From the NCBI RefSeq assembly GCF_055900595.2, contig NZ_CM148325.1: DNA of 64,000 nt; one strand, given 5' to 3'. The position numbers and the translations under genes were made by a program. Numbering within the stretch: the first letter of the stretch is position 1; each line of letters starts with the position of its first letter. The notes under the pieces were generated by a model that worked only from the letters and a program-made list of their open reading frames with translations, did not search any database and was not told the origin of the DNA. This document shows, one piece after another, positions 44,308-61,824 of this stretch.

Positions 44308-47300
44308 TTACTCGTTATCAGAACCGCCCAGACCTGCGTTCAGCAGTTCTGCCAGGCTGGCAGATGCGTCTTCTGCAGTCACCTGCGGTGCAGCCGGAGC
44401 TTCACCTGCAGCACGGCGACGCATACGATCCTGGTGGTACGCGTAACCGGTACCTGCCGGGATCAGACGACCTACGATAACGTTCTCTTTCAGGCCGCGC
44501 AGTTCGTCGCGTTTGCCCGCAACGGCTGCTTCGGTCAGCACGCGAGTGGTCTCCTGGAACGATGCCGCGGAGATGAAGGACTCGGTTGCCAGAGACGCTT
44601 TGGTGATACCCAGCAGATCGCGGGAGTAAGTTGCACCCACTTTGCCGTTCGCTTCCAGTTCGCGGTTTGCGATCTTGACGCGAGAGTATTCAACCTGTTC
44701 GCCTTCCAGGAAGTCGGAGCTGCCCGCGTTAACGATGGTAGCTTTACGCAGCATCTGACGAACGATAACTTCGATGTGTTTATCGTTAATCTTAACGCCC
44801 TGCAGACGGTATACGTCCTGTACTTCGTTAACGATGTAACGAGTCACAGCATGAACACCACGCAGACGCAGAATGTCATGCGGCGCTTCCGGACCGTCGG
44901 AAATTACGTCACCACGTTCTACACGTTCACCTTCGAACACGTTGAGCTGACGCCATTTCGGAATCATCTCTTCGTACGGCTCGCTACCGTCTACCGGGGT
45001 GATAACCAGACGACGTTTACCTTTGGTTTCTTTACCGAAGGAAACCACACCGCTGATTTCAGCCAGGATTGCCGGCTCTTTCGGACGACGTGCTTCGAAC
45101 AGGTCCGCAACGCGTGGCAGACCACCGGTGATGTCCTTGGTACCGCCAGATTCTTGCGGAATACGCGCCAGGGTGTCACCGGAGCTGATCTGTACGCCAT
45201 CTTCCAGCTGAACAATCGCTTTACCCGGCAGGAAGTACTGCGCAGGCATGTCGGTACCCGGGATCAGAACGTCGTTACCCTGAGCATCAACGATTTTCAG
45301 TGCCGGACGCAGATCTTTACCACCTGCGGTACGTTCTGCGGAATCCAGAACCACCAGCGAAGACAGACCGGTCAATTCGTCGGTCTGACGAGTAATGGTC
45401 TGGCCGTCGATCATGTCAGTAAAGCGTACAAAACCGCTTACTTCGGTGATAACCGGCATGGTGTGCGGGTCCCAGTTTGCAACGGTCTCGCCGCCAGCAA
45501 CCTGTTCGCCATCGCCTTTCGCCAGTACTGCACCGTAAGGCACTTTATAGCTTTCTTTGGTACGACCGAATTCGTCGATCAATTTCAGTTCGGTGTTACG
45601 GGAAGTGATAACCAGTTTGCCGCTGGAGTTCACAACCGACTTCACGTTGCTAAGCTTGATGCTACCTTTGTTTTTCACCTGGATGCTGGATTCAGCAGCC
45701 GCACGAGATGCCGCACCACCGATGTGGAACGTACGCATGGTCAGCTGTGTACCCGGTTCACCGATGGACTGTGCCGCGATAACACCGATTGCTTCACCTT
45801 TGTTGATGATGTGGCCACGCGCCAGGTCACGACCGTAGCAGTGCGCACATACACCAAAGTCGGTGTCACAAGATACAACAGAACGTACTTTTACCGCGTC
45901 GACAGAGTTCTCTTCCAGCAGGTCACACCACTGTTCGTGCAGCAGCGTGTTGCGCGGAACGAGGATATCAGCAGTACCCGGCTTCAGAACGTCTTCAGCA
46001 GTTACACGACCCAGTACGCGATCGCGCAGCGGCTCTTTAACGTCACCACCTTCGATAACCGGAGTCATCATGATACCTTCATGAGTACCACAATCGTCTT
46101 CGGTAACCACCAGGTCCTGCGCCACGTCAACCAGACGACGAGTCAGGTAACCGGAGTTCGCCGTTTTCAGTGCGGTATCCGCCAGACCTTTACGAGCACC
46201 GTGGGTTGAGATGAAGTACTGGAGTACGTTCAGACCTTCACGGAAGTTCGCGGTGATTGGCGTTTCGATGATGGAGCCATCCGGCTTCGCCATCAGACCA
46301 CGCATACCCGCCAGCTGACGAATCTGTGCCGCAGAACCACGCGCACCGGAGTCGGCCATCATGTAGATGCTGTTGAAGGAAACCTGCTTCTCTTCCTGAC
46401 CGTCACGGTTAATAACGGTTTCAGTTTGCAGGTTATCCATCATCGCTTTGGATACACGATCGTTCGCCGCAGCCCAGATATCGATAACTTTGTTGTAGCG
46501 TTCGCCCGCAGTTACCAGACCAGACTGGAACTGCTCCTGAATCTCAGCAACTTCAGCTTCTGCCTCGGAGATGATTTCGTGTTTCTTCTCCGGGATGACC
46601 ATGTCATCGATACCAACAGATGCACCAGAACGCGCTGCATATGCAAAGCCGGTGTACATGATCTGGTCCGCAAAAATAACGGTCGGTTTCAGACCGAGAA
46701 TGCGGTAGCAGGTGTTCAGCATTTTGGAGATTGCTTTCTTACCCAGCGCCTGGTTGACGATGGAGTAAGGCAGACCTTTCGGTACAATCATCCACAGAAT
46801 GGCACGGCCAACGGTCGTATCTTTCAGGCTGGTTTTCGCTACTAATTCACCGTTAGCATCTTTTTCATACTCGGTGATACGCACTTTAACGCGCGCATGC
46901 AGAGAAGCCAGACCAGAGCGATACAGACGTTCTGCTTCTTTCGGGCCAGTCAGCACCATGCCTTCGCCTTTGGCGTTAACACAGTCGCGGGTCATGTAGT
47001 ACAGACCCAGTACAACGTCCTGAGACGGAACGATGATTGGTTCGCCGTTCGCCGGGGACAGGATGTTGTTGGTAGACATCATCAGCGCACGCGCTTCCAG
47101 CTGGGCTTCCAGCGTCAGCGGTACGTGAACAGCCATCTGGTCACCATCGAAGTCGGCGTTATATGCCGCACAAACCAGCGGGTGCAGCTGGATAGCTTTA
47201 CCTTCGATCAGTACCGGTTCAAATGCCTGGATACCCAGACGGTGCAGAGTCGGTGCACGGTTCAGCAGTACCGGGTGTTCGCGGATAACTTCGTCCAGGA

Positions 47301-48531
47301 TATCCCAAACGACAGCTTCTTCGCGCTCAACCATTTTCTTCGCAGCTTTAATGGTGGTAGCAAGACCACGCAGTTCCAGCTTGCCGTAGATGAACGGTTT
47401 GAACAGTTCCAGTGCCATTTTCTTCGGCAGACCGCACTGATGCAGACGCAGGTATGGACCTACGGTGATTACAGAACGACCGGAGTAGTCAACACGCTTA
47501 CCGAGCAGGTTCTGACGGAAACGACCCTGTTTACCTTTGATCATGTCGGCCAAAGATTTCAGAGGACGCTTGTTAGAACCAGTGATCGCACGACCGCGAC
47601 GACCGTTATCCAGCAGGGCGTCTACCGCTTCCTGCAGCATACGTTTTTCGTTACGTACGATGATGTCCGGCGCAGCCAGATCCAGCAGACGTTTCAGACG
47701 GTTGTTACGGTTAATGACGCGACGATACAGATCGTTCAGGTCAGAAGTCGCGAAACGACCACCATCCAGCGGAACCAGCGGACGCAGATCTGGCGGCAGT
47801 ACCGGCAGAACGGTCAGGATCATCCACTCTGGTTTGTTACCAGACTGAACGAACGCTTCCAGCAGTTTGATACGCTTGGTCAGCTTCTTACGCTTAGTTT
47901 CGGAGTTGGTTTCGTTCAGCTCTTCACGCAGCTGTTCGCACTCTTGCTCCAGATCCATGCTCTTCAGCAGAGCCTGGATTGCTTCCGCACCCATTTTCGC
48001 GTCGAATTCGTCACCGAACTCTTCCAGCGCGTCCAGATACTGCTCTTCAGTCAGGATCTGCTGACGCTCCAGGTTGGTCATACCGCCTTCGATAACCACA
48101 TAGGATTCGAAGTACAGTACGCGTTCGATATCGCGCAGCGGCATATCGAGCAGCAGACCGATACGGGACGGCAGTGATTTCAGGAACCAGATGTGCGCAG
48201 TCGGGGAAGCCAGTTCGATGTGGCCCATACGCTCACGACGTACTTTGGTCTGGGTCACTTCAACGCCGCACTTCTCACAGATGACGCCACGGTGTTTCAG
48301 GCGCTTGTACTTACCGCACAGGCACTCGTAATCTTTTACCGGCCCAAAGATACGGGCGCAGAAAAGGCCGTCACGTTCTGGTTTGAACGTACGGTAGTTG
48401 ATGGTTTCCGGCTTTTTAACTTCACCGAAAGACCATGAACGGATCATGTCTGGCGAAGCCAGAGCAATTTTGATCGCATCAAACTCTTCGGTTTTAGTCT
48501 GCGCTTTCAGAAACTTTAATAAATCTTTCAC
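44308..48531 (-). CDS. rpoC: RNA polymerase beta' subunit
   Basis: 1407-aa [24 protein letters not shown]..., NADFDGDQM active-site motif. Confidence 0.98.
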   Translation of the reverse strand: MKDLLKFLKAQTKTEEFDAIKIALASPDMIRSWSFGEVKKPETINYRTFKPERDGLFCARIFGPVKDYECLCGKYKRLKHRGVICEKCGVEVTQTKVRRERMGHIELASPTAHIWFLKSLPSRIGLLLDMPLRDIERVLYFESYVVIEGGMTNLERQQILTEEQYLDALEEFGDEFDAKMGAEAIQALLKSMDLEQECEQLREELNETNSETKRKKLTKRIKLLEAFVQSGNKPEWMILTVLPVLPPDLRPLVPLDGGRFATSDLNDLYRRVINRNNRLKRLLDLAAPDIIVRNEKRMLQEAVDALLDNGRRGRAITGSNKRPLKSLADMIKGKQGRFRQNLLGKRVDYSGRSVITVGPYLRLHQCGLPKKMALELFKPFIYGKLELRGLATTIKAAKKMVEREEAVVWDILDEVIREHPVLLNRAPTLHRLGIQAFEPVLIEGKAIQLHPLVCAAYNADFDGDQMAVHVPLTLEAQLEARALMMSTNNILSPANGEPIIVPSQDVVLGLYYMTRDCVNAKGEGMVLTGPKEAERLYRSGLASLHARVKVRITEYEKDANGELVAKTSLKDTTVGRAILWMIVPKGLPYSIVNQALGKKAISKMLNTCYRILGLKPTVIFADQIMYTGFAYAARSGASVGIDDMVIPEKKHEIISEAEAEVAEIQEQFQSGLVTAGERYNKVIDIWAAANDRVSKAMMDNLQTETVINRDGQEEKQVSFNSIYMMADSGARGSAAQIRQLAGMRGLMAKPDGSIIETPITANFREGLNVLQYFISTHGARKGLADTALKTANSGYLTRRLVDVAQDLVVTEDDCGTHEGIMMTPVIEGGDVKEPLRDRVLGRVTAEDVLKPGTADILVPRNTLLHEQWCDLLEENSVDAVKVRSVVSCDTDFGVCAHCYGRDLARGHIINKGEAIGVIAAQSIGEPGTQLTMRTFHIGGAASRAAAESSIQVKNKGSIKLSNVKSVVNSSGKLVITSRNTELKLIDEFGRTKESYKVPYGAVLAKGDGEQVAGGETVANWDPHTMPVITEVSGFVRFTDMIDGQTITRQTDELTGLSSLVVLDSAERTAGGKDLRPALKIVDAQGNDVLIPGTDMPAQYFLPGKAIVQLEDGVQISSGDTLARIPQESGGTKDITGGLPRVADLFEARRPKEPAILAEISGVVSFGKETKGKRRLVITPVDGSEPYEEMIPKWRQLNVFEGERVERGDVISDGPEAPHDILRLRGVHAVTRYIVNEVQDVYRLQGVKINDKHIEVIVRQMLRKATIVNAGSSDFLEGEQVEYSRVKIANRELEANGKVGATYSRDLLGITKASLATESFISAASFQETTRVLTEAAVAGKRDELRGLKENVIVGRLIPAGTGYAYHQDRMRRRAAGEAPAAPQVTAEDASASLAELLNAGLGGSDNE

Positions 48532-48607
48532 GGATTTGCTCCCGTCGGAGTTAGCACAATCCGCTGCCGGGTTTTACCCCGACAGCAGTGACCTGTTTGA
48601 GCGAGAA

Positions 48608-51600
48608 TTACTCGTCTTCCAGTTCGATGTTGATACCCAGCGAACGAATCTCTTTCAACAATACGTTGAAGGATTCTGGCATGCCCGGCTCCATCTGATG
48701 GTTGCCGTCCACGATGTTTTTATACATCTTGGTACGACCGTTCACGTCATCAGACTTAACGGTGAGCATTTCCTGCAGGGTGTATGCTGCGCCGTATGCT
48801 TCCAGCGCCCACACTTCCATCTCCCCGAAACGCTGACCACCGAACTGTGCCTTACCACCCAGCGGCTGCTGAGTAACCAGGCTGTAAGAACCGGTGGAAC
48901 GCGCGTGCATCTTGTCGTCGACCAGGTGGTTCAGTTTCAGCATGTACATGTAACCCACGGTTACCGGACGTTCGAACTGTTCACCAGTGCGACCGTCGTA
49001 CAGGCGGATCTGACCAGAAGTCGGCAGGTCGCCAAGTTTCAGCAGTTCTTTAATTTCTGCTTCTTTCGCACCGTCGAAGACCGGCGTTGCGATTGGCATA
49101 CCTTTGCGCAGGTTTTCAGCCAGACGCATAACTTCTTCATCGCTGAAGGTACTCAGGTCAACTTTCTGACGAACATCAGCGCCCAGATCGTATGCACGCT
49201 GGATGAATTCGCGCAGTTTCGCGACTTCTTGCTGCTGTTTCAGCATGGCGTTGATCTTGTCGCCGATACCTTTCGCAGCCATACCCAAGTGGGTTTCGAG
49301 GATCTGACCGATGTTCATACGAGACGGTACGCCCAGCGGGTTCAGTACGATGTCTACCGGCGTACCGTTTTCATCGTAAGGCATATCTTCGATCGGGTTG
49401 ATCTTAGAAATTACACCCTTGTTACCGTGACGACCTGCCATCTTGTCACCAGGCTGGATACGGCGTTTAACCGCCAGATATACCTTAACAATCTTCAGCA
49501 CGCCCGGTGCCAGATCGTCGCCCTGGGTGATTTTGCGGCGTTTCGCTTCGAGTTTCTTCTCGAACTCATGTTTCAGTTCGTCATACTGCTCAGCCAGCTG
49601 TTCCAGCTGATTTTGTTTCTCTTCGTCGGTCAGGCCCAGCTCCAGCCAGCGATCGCGCGGCAGTTTGTCGAGCTTCTCAGCTTCAACGCCACCGGCTACC
49701 AGCACAGCACGGATACGGCTGAACAGACCCGCTTCGAGGATCTGCAGTTCTTCAGACAGGTCTTTCTTCGCCTGTTTGAGCTGCATTTCTTCGATTTCCA
49801 GCGCACGTTTGTCTTTTTCTACGCCATCGCGAGTAAAGACCTGAACGTCGATAACCGTACCGGATACACCGTTTGGTACGCGCAGAGAAGAGTCTTTAAC
49901 GTCAGACGCTTTCTCACCGAAGATCGCACGCAGCAGTTTTTCTTCTGGGGTCAGCTGAGTTTCACCTTTCGGCGTTACCTTACCAACCAGAATGTCGCCA
50001 CCGGTCACTTCCGCACCAATGTAAACGATACCGGATTCATCCAGTTTGGAGAGCGCAGCTTCACCTACGTTCGGGATGTCAGCAGTGATCTCTTCTGGCC
50101 CCAGCTTGGTGTCACGGGACACACATGCCAGTTCCTGAATGTGGATGGTGGTGAAACGGTCTTCCTGAACAACACGCTCGGATACGAGGATGGAGTCTTC
50201 GAAGTTGTAACCATTCCACGGCATGAACGCTACGCGCATGTTCTGACCGAGCGCCAGTTCACCGAGGTCGGTGGACGGACCGTCTGCCAGCACGTCACCA
50301 CGTTCTACCGGTTCACCCAGAGACACACACGGCATCTGGTTGATACAGGTGTTCTGGTTAGAACGGGTGTACTTGGTCAGGTTGTAGATGTCGATACCTG
50401 CTTCACCCGGATACATCTCATCTTCGTTAACTTTGATAACGATACGGGAAGCATCCACGTACTGAACGACACCACCACGTTTAGCAACCGCAGTTACACC
50501 GGAGTCAACGGCAACAGCACGTTCCATACCCGTACCAACCAGCGGCTTATCAGCACGCAGAGTCGGAACGGCCTGACGTTGCATGTTCGCACCCATCAAT
50601 GCACGGTTGGCGTCATCGTGTTCAAGGAACGGGATCAGGGACGCACCGACGGATACCACCTGCTGGGTGGATACGTCCATGTAGTCAACCTGGTCGCGGC
50701 TGAACAAGCTGGATTCGCCTTTGCTACGGCAAGTTACCAGATCTTCTACGAAGTGGCCTTCTTCATCCAGGTTGGAGTTCGCCTGGGCGATAACGTAGTT
50801 GCCTTCTTCGATAGCAGACAGGTAGTGAATTTCGTCGGTTACAACACCGTCGATCACTTTACGGTACGGCGTCTCAAGGAAGCCATATTCGTTAGTCTGT
50901 GCGTACACGGACAGGGAGTTGATCAGACCGATGTTCGGACCTTCAGGGGTTTCGATTGGACATACGCGACCGTAGTGAGTCGGGTGTACGTCTCGAACTT
51001 CGAAGCCTGCACGTTCACGGGTCAGACCGCCTGGGCCGAGTGCGGAGATACGACGCTTGTGTGTAATCTCAGACAGCGGGTTGTTCTGGTCCATAAACTG
51101 AGACAGCTGGCTGGAACCAAAGAACTCTTTCACTGCTGCGGAAATCGGTTTGGCGTTGATCATATCCTGAGGCATCAGGGTATCCAGATCGCCCAGAGAC
51201 AAACGCTCTTTCACCGCACGCTCTACACGTACCAGGCCAACGCGGAACTGGTTTTCCGCCATTTCGCCAACGGAACGGATACGACGGTTACCGAGGTGGT
51301 CGATATCATCGACTTCGCCTTTACCGTTACGGATATCGATGAGCTTTTTCATAACATCAATGATGTCGTCTTTGCTCAGGATACCGGAACCTTCGATTTC
51401 GTCGCGCAGCAGAGAGCGGTTGAACTTCATACGACCAACCGCAGACAAGTCATAGCGGTCTTCAGAGAAGAACAGGTTCTCGAACAGGCTTTCAGCGGCT
51501 TCACGAGTCGGCGGCTCGCCAGGGCGCATCATGCGGTAGATTTCTACCAGTGCGCTCAGACGATCGTTAGTTGGGTCGACACGTAAGGTTTCAGAGATAT

Positions 51601-52636
51601 ACGGGCCGTGATCCAGATCGTTGGTGAACAGCGTTTCGATACGCTTGTGACCAGACTGGCTCAGCTTAGCCAGCAGATCCAGGCTCAGCTCCATGTTCGC
51701 AGCACAGATAAGCTCACCAGTAGACTCATCAATGTAGTCTTTAGCAACCACTTTACCTGCGATGTACTCAACCGGGACTTCGATCAGTTTGACGTCGTCT
51801 TTTTCCAGCTGGCGAATGTGGCGCGCAGTAATACGGCGGCCTTTTTCTACGTACACTTTACCGTTAGCTTCGATGTCAAAAGATGCGGTTTCACCACGCA
51901 GGCGTTCCGGCACCAGTTCCATCTGCAGCTTGTTATCACGGATTTCAAAGATAACTTTTTCAAAGAACAGGTCGAGGATCTGCTCTGTGGTGTAGTTCAG
52001 GGCACGCAGAATGATGGTCGCAGGCAGTTTACGGCGACGGTCGATACGTACGAACAGGTTGTCCTTCGGATCGAATTCGAAGTCCAGCCAGGAACCACGG
52101 TAAGGGATGATGCGCGCGTTATACAGCACTTTACCCGAAGAGTGGGTTTTACCTTTGTCGGAGTCAAAGAAGACGCCCGGACTACGGTGCAGCTGGGAAA
52201 CGATAACACGCTCAGTACCGTTGATAACAAAGGTACCGTTGTCCGTCATGAGCGGAATTTCGCCCATGTAGACTTCTTGTTCTTTAATGTCTTTTACGGT
52301 GCCTTCCGGCGCTTCGCGCTCATAGATCACCAGACGCAGTTTAACGCGCAGCGGTGCGGAATAGGTCACGCCACGGATTTGACATTCCTGGACGTCAAAC
52401 ACCGGTTCGCCAAGGCGGTAGCTGACGTATTGCAGCTCGGAATTACCGCTGTAGCTCTGAATCGGGAATACGGAACGGAAAGCAGCTTCCAGACCATACT
52501 GCCCTTCAGGATCTTGCTCGATAAATTTCTGAAACGAGTCAAGCTGGATAGAAAGGAGATAAGGTACATCCAGAACTTGTGGACGTTTACCAAAATCCTT
52601 ACGAATACGTTTTTTCTCGGTATAGGAGTAAACCAT
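48608..52636 (-). CDS. rpoB: RNA polymerase beta subunit
   Basis: 1342-aa product [28 protein letters not shown]... (ORF-track start trimmed by 11 codons); rifampicin cluster I looks wild-type by eye. Confidence 0.98.
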   Translation of the reverse strand: MVYSYTEKKRIRKDFGKRPQVLDVPYLLSIQLDSFQKFIEQDPEGQYGLEAAFRSVFPIQSYSGNSELQYVSYRLGEPVFDVQECQIRGVTYSAPLRVKLRLVIYEREAPEGTVKDIKEQEVYMGEIPLMTDNGTFVINGTERVIVSQLHRSPGVFFDSDKGKTHSSGKVLYNARIIPYRGSWLDFEFDPKDNLFVRIDRRRKLPATIILRALNYTTEQILDLFFEKVIFEIRDNKLQMELVPERLRGETASFDIEANGKVYVEKGRRITARHIRQLEKDDVKLIEVPVEYIAGKVVAKDYIDESTGELICAANMELSLDLLAKLSQSGHKRIETLFTNDLDHGPYISETLRVDPTNDRLSALVEIYRMMRPGEPPTREAAESLFENLFFSEDRYDLSAVGRMKFNRSLLRDEIEGSGILSKDDIIDVMKKLIDIRNGKGEVDDIDHLGNRRIRSVGEMAENQFRVGLVRVERAVKERLSLGDLDTLMPQDMINAKPISAAVKEFFGSSQLSQFMDQNNPLSEITHKRRISALGPGGLTRERAGFEVRDVHPTHYGRVCPIETPEGPNIGLINSLSVYAQTNEYGFLETPYRKVIDGVVTDEIHYLSAIEEGNYVIAQANSNLDEEGHFVEDLVTCRSKGESSLFSRDQVDYMDVSTQQVVSVGASLIPFLEHDDANRALMGANMQRQAVPTLRADKPLVGTGMERAVAVDSGVTAVAKRGGVVQYVDASRIVIKVNEDEMYPGEAGIDIYNLTKYTRSNQNTCINQMPCVSLGEPVERGDVLADGPSTDLGELALGQNMRVAFMPWNGYNFEDSILVSERVVQEDRFTTIHIQELACVSRDTKLGPEEITADIPNVGEAALSKLDESGIVYIGAEVTGGDILVGKVTPKGETQLTPEEKLLRAIFGEKASDVKDSSLRVPNGVSGTVIDVQVFTRDGVEKDKRALEIEEMQLKQAKKDLSEELQILEAGLFSRIRAVLVAGGVEAEKLDKLPRDRWLELGLTDEEKQNQLEQLAEQYDELKHEFEKKLEAKRRKITQGDDLAPGVLKIVKVYLAVKRRIQPGDKMAGRHGNKGVISKINPIEDMPYDENGTPVDIVLNPLGVPSRMNIGQILETHLGMAAKGIGDKINAMLKQQQEVAKLREFIQRAYDLGADVRQKVDLSTFSDEEVMRLAENLRKGMPIATPVFDGAKEAEIKELLKLGDLPTSGQIRLYDGRTGEQFERPVTVGYMYMLKLNHLVDDKMHARSTGSYSLVTQQPLGGKAQFGGQRFGEMEVWALEAYGAAYTLQEMLTVKSDDVNGRTKMYKNIVDGNHQMEPGMPESFNVLLKEIRSLGINIELEDE

Positions 52637-52955
52637 AGGGTTCCTCAGCTCGCTGACAAGTCGACCCATCTGTCCATTGAGCGGACAGTTTGTGCAACAC
52701 TATTTTGTTGACCGGAAAATGGAACACTTTCCGCAATGCCTGTTGCTATCACGCTTAAACCATTTCATTGCGATTTACACAGAACGGGCGTCCTGTCGCA
52801 GTATATTAAGTCGTCGATAGAAACAAGCATTGAAAGGCACAGCAGTAGTCAAACAGTGTGAAACGCTACTGGCGCCTTACAGCGCAAAAAGGCTGGTGAC
52901 TAAAAAGTCACCAGCCATCAGCCTGATTTCTCAGGCTGCAACCGGAAGGGTTGGC

Positions 52956-53321
<366 letters not shown>

Positions 53322-53387
53322 TTAAATTGTTCCTGAATATCAGAATAAGTTTATACGTAAGCGAATGCGTTAAAAAGATAACTGCGA

Positions 53388-53885
53388 TTAAGCAGCTTCT
53401 TTCGCATCGCGTACAGCAGCCAGAGTACGAACCAGTTTGCCAGCCGAAGCTTCTTTCATGGTTGCCATCAGGCGTGCAATTGCTTCTTCGTAGGTCGGCA
53501 GAGTTGCCAGGCGGTCGATCTGAGACGCCGGGATCAGCTCACCTTCAAAGGCAGCGGCTTTGACCTCAAATTTTGCATTCGCTTTCGCGAACTCTTTGAA
53601 CAGACGAGCAGCTGCGCCCGGGTGTTCCATAGAGTATGCAATCAGGGTCGGACCAACAAACGCGTCTTTCAGGCACTCGAACGGAGTACCTTCAACAGCA
53701 CGGCGCAGCAGGGTGTTACGAACAACACGCATGTATACGCCAGCTTCGCGACCTGCTTTACGCAGTTCAGTCATTTTATCTACAGTTACGCCACGGGAAT
53801 CCGCAACTACTGCAGACAGCGCGCCTTTGGCTACTTCGCTGACTTCAGCAACAATCGCTTGTTTGTCTTGAAGATTTAAAGCCAT
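53388..53885 (-). CDS. rplJ: ribosomal protein L10
   Basis: 165-aa [41 protein letters not shown]... Confidence 0.97.
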
Positions 53886-54297
53886 TAGCTTTGCTCCTGG
53901 ATGTTTGCCAGAGAAAATCTCTGGAACTCACTTCACTCCTCCAAACGGAGAGAGCGTCTTTATTACGGTGAGCAGAAACAAGCCAGAATATAAAAGAATA
54001 ATCTTAGCGTTCTGTCACCGTCTACGCAGGGGATTAAGTTTCTTGCGAAACTCCTGCGGTCTTCGACGGAGGCCTGGATAGGCCAGGCTCCAACGAACAA
54101 ATCTTTTCTATCCGTCGCTATTCAGCTTGTAGCGGCGTTGGCTTCCTTCGTTCGCACCAGTCACATAGTTAGCTATGCTCCTGGCGACTCACTCAGTTGC
54201 CGCCTTGCTACAACCCGAATATCTCGGATATACGTCTGCATTAAGCATTATACGTGGGGGTAAGATTGTAGACAAAATCACCGCCCACGTAAAGGCA
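53886..54297 (-). promoter_or_regulatory. rplJL leader (L10-L12 autoregulatory target region)
   Basis: Roughly 410-nt untranslated spacer between rplA and rplJ, typical of this operon. Confidence 0.5.
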
Positions 54298-55497
<1,200 letters not shown>

Positions 55498-55592
55498 TTA
55501 CGGGCAAGGCCCATAAAAACAAAAGGCGCGAAATTGTATTCCAATCTCGCGCCTTGTGCAACGATTAAATCGCCGCTTTTTTGATCGCTGGG

Positions 55593-56138
55593 TTAGGCTT
55601 TTTCAACCTGGCTGAAGTCCAGCTCTACCGGGGTCGCACGACCGAAGATAGAAACAGACACTTTCAGACGAGATTTCTCGTAATCAACTTCTTCAACAAC
55701 ACCGTTGAAGTCAGCGAACGGACCATCATTAACACGAACCATTTCACCCGGTTCAAACAGCGTTTTCGGACGCGGCTTATCGCCAACCTGCTGCAGGCGA
55801 TTCATAATCGCATCCACTTCTTTATCGCTGATTGGCGCAGGACGATCGGAAGTACCGCCGATGAAGCCCATCACACGCGGTACGCTGCGCACCAGGTGCC
55901 AGCTCGCGTCGTTCATCACCATCTGAACGAGGACGTAGCCAGGGAAGAATTTGCGTTCGCTTTTGCGACGCTGTCCGCCACGGATTTCAACCACTTCTTC
56001 GGTTGGTACCATGACTTCACCAAACAAATCTTCCATGTTATGTAATTTGATATGCTCACGTAGCGACGTTGCTACGCGGCCTTCAAAACCGGAAAACGCC
56101 TGAACGACGTACCAGCGCTTTTTAGGAGCTTCAGACAT
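55593..56138 (-). CDS. nusG: transcription antitermination factor NusG
   Basis: 181-aa [43 protein letters not shown]... Confidence 0.97.
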
Positions 56139-56139
56139 C

Positions 56140-56523
56140 TCAGAACCTCAGGCCAGTGATAAAGGATACCAGGCGAACCAGAATACCATCCAGTCCCCAC
56201 AGGATCAGTGACATTACTGCGGTAACCGCAGCCACAATCAGCGTGGTGTGCAATGTTTCCTGGCGAGTCGGCCAAATGACCTTACGGACTTCGGTACGCG
56301 CTTCACGGGCAAAAGCAACGGTTGCTTTTCCTTTTGTCGTTAACAGCGCGACACCACCCGCTGCAGCAATCAGAATTACTACGGCCAGCGCACGCAGCGG
56401 CAGCATAATGTCGCGATAAAGGTAGTTGCCGACAATTGCTACCAGGAGCAATGCCACCACAACGACCCACTTCATCGCTTCCAGGCCGCGCCCGCTTCCT
56501 TGAGCTTCGGTATTCGCACTCAT
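56140..56523 (-). CDS. secE: preprotein translocase subunit SecE
   Basis: 127-aa ORF with three hydrophobic segments. Confidence 0.95.
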
Positions 56524-56752
56524 AAACCAACCTGTCAGAAGTATTCTACAAACATTTTCACCCCGCGATCGCGAGGCAAACCAAATCGAAACGCGTATTA
56601 GCTTTTCGGATTATACGCCCTCAACAGAGCCTGTCTCAGCAATGATTATGACAAAGAAAATCACTGATGAGCCAGGTTCTGGTACGAAAGCGTGCAAAAA
56701 GGGCATCAAATGATGCCCTTTTAGTGCGCATTGCGTCAAATGTTATCGGCAA

Positions 56753-57973
<1,221 letters not shown>

Positions 57974-58051
57974 TCACCACATCAACCAGGCAACATGCCC
58001 GACTTGTTGAATGCAATAAACAGAAGGAAAAAACAGGGAGGAGAAAAGAAG

Positions 58052-58127
58052 TGGTGCTGATAGGCAGATTCGAACTGCCGACCTCACCCTTACCAAGGGT
58101 GCGCTCTACCAACTGAGCTATATCAGC
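58052..58127 (-). tRNA. thrT: tRNA-Thr (GGU)
   Basis: 76-nt match to GCUGAUAUAGCUCAGUUGGUAGAGCGCACCCUUGGUAAGGGUGAGGUCGGCAGUUCGAAUCUGCCUAUCAGCACCA. Confidence 0.9.
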
Positions 58128-58133
58128 ACATCT

Positions 58134-58208
<75 letters not shown>

Positions 58209-58324
58209 ATCCTGGAACTCGGCTACCTGATTTTCATTCTGCACTGAATATCGAGAGAAGCTCTCTTTATTCGAGCCGGTAAGCGAACTTATCGTCTCGG
58301 GCTACGCCATCGCGTGGCCGAAAT

Positions 58325-58409
<85 letters not shown>

Positions 58410-58417
58410 GGACTTGA

Positions 58418-58493
<76 letters not shown>

Positions 58494-58854
58494 ATCAAGT
58501 AGCGCGCATTCTATGGAGACATGCGAGTTCATGCAACTAAAAAATTGCATAATTTGTTTTATTGGTCATATTTTATGCGACACGATGAAGAAACAGTCGA
58601 ACAGAGGGCAAATTAGCACACTTTTTCAACATCATTGTTCTCAACAATGCGCTCCTTCTAAAGCGCAATTCTTTTTATCAGATGGAATATCTGTCACATT
58701 GCTTTTCAACGATAGCTTCCTGGGAGAGATTTTTTCTTATTATTCCTCCCCATCTGGTGTTACCCTCCTGCCCATTAACCCATTCAACAGAACTGTGACG
58801 CGCCATGGCAAATATCGTTTTGCCGATAGAGCTATGACCGCCAGAAACATGCTT

Positions 58855-59805
58855 ATGAGTATAAAAGAGCAAACGTTAATGACGCCTTACCTACAGTTTG
58901 ACCGCAACCAGTGGGCAGCTCTGCGTGATTCCGTACCTATGACGTTATCGGAAGATGAGATCGCCCGTCTCAAAGGTATTAATGAAGATCTCTCGTTAGA
59001 AGAAGTGGCCGAGATCTATTTACCTTTGTCACGTTTGCTGAACTTCTATATAAGCTCGAATCTGCGCCGTCAGGCAGTTCTGGAACAGTTTCTTGGTACC
59101 AACGGGCAACGCATTCCTTACATTATCAGTATCGCAGGTAGCGTCGCGGTGGGGAAAAGTACAACCGCCCGTGTATTGCAGGCACTATTAAGCCGTTGGC
59201 CGGAGCATCGTCGTGTTGAACTGATCACGACTGATGGCTTCCTTCACCCTAATCAGGTGCTGAAAGAACGTGGTCTGATGAAGAAGAAAGGCTTCCCGGA
59301 ATCGTATGATATGCATCGCCTGGTGAAGTTTGTTTCCGATCTCAAATCCGGCGTGCCAAACGTTACGGCACCTGTTTACTCGCATCTTATTTATGATGTG
59401 ATCCCGGATGGAGATAAAACTGTTGTTCAGCCTGATATTTTAATTCTTGAAGGGTTAAATGTCTTACAGAGCGGGATGGATTATCCTCACGATCCACATC
59501 ATGTATTTGTTTCTGATTTTGTCGATTTTTCGATATATGTTGATGCACCAGAAGACTTACTTCAAACGTGGTATATCAACCGTTTCCTGAAATTCCGTGA
59601 AGGGGCTTTTACAGACCCGGATTCCTATTTTCATAACTACGCGAAATTAACTAAAGAAGAAGCGATTAACACTGCCATGACATTGTGGAAAGAGATCAAC
59701 TGGCTGAACTTAAAGCAAAATATTCTACCTACTCGTGAGCGCGCCAGTTTAATCCTGACAAAGAGTGCTAATCACGCGGTAGAAGAGGTCAGACTACGCA
59801 AATAA
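58855..59805 (+). CDS. coaA: pantothenate kinase
   Basis: 316-aa product [20 protein letters not shown]..., P-loop GSVAVGKST; the ORF-track frame is open a further 114 codons upstream, which I do not call. Confidence 0.92.
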   Translation: MSIKEQTLMTPYLQFDRNQWAALRDSVPMTLSEDEIARLKGINEDLSLEEVAEIYLPLSRLLNFYISSNLRRQAVLEQFLGTNGQRIPYIISIAGSVAVGKSTTARVLQALLSRWPEHRRVELITTDGFLHPNQVLKERGLMKKKGFPESYDMHRLVKFVSDLKSGVPNVTAPVYSHLIYDVIPDGDKTVVQPDILILEGLNVLQSGMDYPHDPHHVFVSDFVDFSIYVDAPEDLLQTWYINRFLKFREGAFTDPDSYFHNYAKLTKEEAINTAMTLWKEINWLNLKQNILPTRERASLILTKSANHAVEEVRLRK

Positions 59806-59810
59806 TTTTC

Positions 59811-59830
59811 AGGGGAGCTAATGCTCCCCT
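59811..59830. terminator. bidirectional hairpin terminator between convergent coaA and birA
   Basis: AGGGGAGCTAATGCTCCCCT flanked by T-runs on both strands. Confidence 0.5.
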
Positions 59831-59833
59831 TTC

Positions 59834-60799
59834 TTATTTTTCTGCACTACGCAGGGATATTTCACCGCCCATCCAGGATTTTATTATTCCATCCTGCTCA
59901 AGCAATAAAGCGCCTTGTTTGTCTATTCCACGTGAAATGCCAAATATTTCTTTATCACCAATGATAAGTTTCACTGGGCGATTAATAAAATTATCCAGTT
60001 TTTCCCAGCGCGAAAGATAAGGTGCCAATCCTTCTTGCTCAAAGAGTTCCAGCGCCGCACGTAATTCACGTATTAGCATGGCCGCCAACGCATTACGATC
60101 GAGATTGATCCCAGCTTCCTGCAGCGTGATCCACCCCTGATTAACGACACTCTCTTCAACACGACGCATTGCCATGTTGATACCAGCACCAACGACTATT
60201 TGCGCCGCATCGCCGGTTTTGCCAGTCAGCTCCACAAGAATACCTGCCAGCTTGCGATCCTGCAGATAGAGGTCATTCGGCCATTTAACACGAACTTTAT
60301 CAGCGCCCAACTTGCGTAATACTTCCGCCATCACGATACCGATAACCAGACTTAAACCAATCGCCGCAGCCGGGCCTTGTTCCAGACGCCAGAACATCGA
60401 CAAATACAAGTTTGCGCCAAAAGGCGAAAACCATTTCCGACCTCGGCGACCACGACCAGCCTGCTGATATTCTGCAACGCAGGCATCACCCGATTTAAGC
60501 TCTCCGATACGATCAAGAAGGTACTGATTCGTAGAGTCAATAACTGGCAGCACGGCTACACTACCGCTATCCAGCTGACTCAATATCTGTTCAGCATTAA
60601 GTAACTGGATGGGCTCAGGCAGGCAGTATCCTTTACCCGGAACGGTAAAGACATCAACGCCCCAGTCACGCAGTGTTTGAATATGTTTATTAATGGCCGC
60701 CCGGCTCATTCCTAACGTTTCACCCAGCTGCTCGCCAGAGTGAAATTCGCCATTCGCTAATAGCGTGATTAATTTTAGCGGAACGGTATTATCCTTCAT
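59834..60799 (-). CDS. birA: biotin-protein ligase / bio operon repressor
   Basis: 321-aa [51 protein letters not shown]... Confidence 0.95.
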   Translation of the reverse strand: MKDNTVPLKLITLLANGEFHSGEQLGETLGMSRAAINKHIQTLRDWGVDVFTVPGKGYCLPEPIQLLNAEQILSQLDSGSVAVLPVIDSTNQYLLDRIGELKSGDACVAEYQQAGRGRRGRKWFSPFGANLYLSMFWRLEQGPAAAIGLSLVIGIVMAEVLRKLGADKVRVKWPNDLYLQDRKLAGILVELTGKTGDAAQIVVGAGINMAMRRVEESVVNQGWITLQEAGINLDRNALAAMLIRELRAALELFEQEGLAPYLSRWEKLDNFINRPVKLIIGDKEIFGISRGIDKQGALLLEQDGIIKSWMGGEISLRSAEK

Positions 60800-61824
60800 G
60801 AAATCGTCTCCACTGCGCTAACTTCACCTGATGCACCAATAAAGCGAACTTCTGGCTCAAGCCAGACATTAAATTTTTCACCCACTTTCTGTCTTACATG
60901 ATGTGCCAGCTGCACAATATCTTCGCTTTTTGCATTGCCTTCATTAATGAGAACTAACGCCTGTTGACGGTGTACCGCAGCCCCACCAATTTGTGTTCCT
61001 TTTAGCTGGCACTGATCGATAAGCCAACCAGCGGCCAGTTTTACTGAACCATCCGTCTGGGGATAATTTGGTGCTGTTGGAAATTGTGCCAGTAATGCTT
61101 TAGCCGTTTCGGCAGATACAACAGGGTTTTTGAAGAAACTACCGGCATTGCCATTCACTTTTGGATCAGGGAGTTTGGTGGTGCGCATATGACACACCGC
61201 ATCAAATACTTGCTGTGGCGTTACGGTTGTAGGATCCAGACGAGTTAAGTCACCATACGTTAGTACAGGTTGCCACTCTTTTGGCAGGCGCAGACCTACG
61301 GCTACAATGGCGAAGCGGTCCTGGTATTCATGTTTAAAAATACTGTCGCGATAGCCAAAACGGCACTCTTTGGCAGTTAAGCGCACTTGCTTGCCTGTCG
61401 CCAGTTCGACACAGTCAACATAAGCGCAAACTCGCTGTAATTCTACGCCATAAGCACCAATATTCTGGATAGGTGATGAGCCGACACAACCAGGAATTAA
61501 CGCCAGATTTTCCAGACCTGGCATACCTTCCTGCAAAGTGTATTTTACCAGGCGATGCCAGTTTTCTCCGGCTCCTACATGTAAATACCACGCATCAGGT
61601 TCATCATGAATTTCGATACCTTTGATCCGGTTGATGATCACCGTGCCGCGATAGTCTTCCAGAAAAAGTACATTACTTCCTTCACCCAGAATAAGAACGG
61701 GTTGCCCTTCTGCGGTTGCATGCTGCCAGGCATTGAGTAGTTGTTGTTCGTCTTCGGCACATACAATGTGCTGAGCATTATGATCAATGCCAAATGTGTT
61801 CCAGGGTTTTAAGGAGTGGTTCAT
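60796..61824 (-). CDS. murB: UDP-N-acetylenolpyruvoylglucosamine reductase
   Basis: 342-aa [57 protein letters not shown]... Confidence 0.95.
   Translation of the reverse strand: MNHSLKPWNTFGIDHNAQHIVCAEDEQQLLNAWQHATAEGQPVLILGEGSNVLFLEDYRGTVIINRIKGIEIHDEPDAWYLHVGAGENWHRLVKYTLQEGMPGLENLALIPGCVGSSPIQNIGAYGVELQRVCAYVDCVELATGKQVRLTAKECRFGYRDSIFKHEYQDRFAIVAVGLRLPKEWQPVLTYGDLTRLDPTTVTPQQVFDAVCHMRTTKLPDPKVNGNAGSFFKNPVVSAETAKALLAQFPTAPNYPQTDGSVKLAAGWLIDQCQLKGTQIGGAAVHRQQALVLINEGNAKSEDIVQLAHHVRQKVGEKFNVWLEPEVRFIGASGEVSAVETIS

Noticed and set aside
48398-51586. 1062-aa ORF on the plus strand, fully antisense to rpoB (similar long antisense ORFs at 44434-46209 and 46897-48177 opposite rpoC, and 51608-52711 opposite rpoB)
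   Set aside because: Shadow ORFs opposite long, strongly codon-biased genes; the translations are low-complexity (rich in V, F, T, Q, H, R) with no recognisable domain, and the sense-strand genes are certain.
58513-58854. In-frame 114-codon upstream extension of coaA that would give a 430-aa protein
   Set aside because: The extension runs through the tRNA-operon promoter region and has no protein-like composition; pantothenate kinase homology begins at the internal Met ([15 protein letters not shown]).
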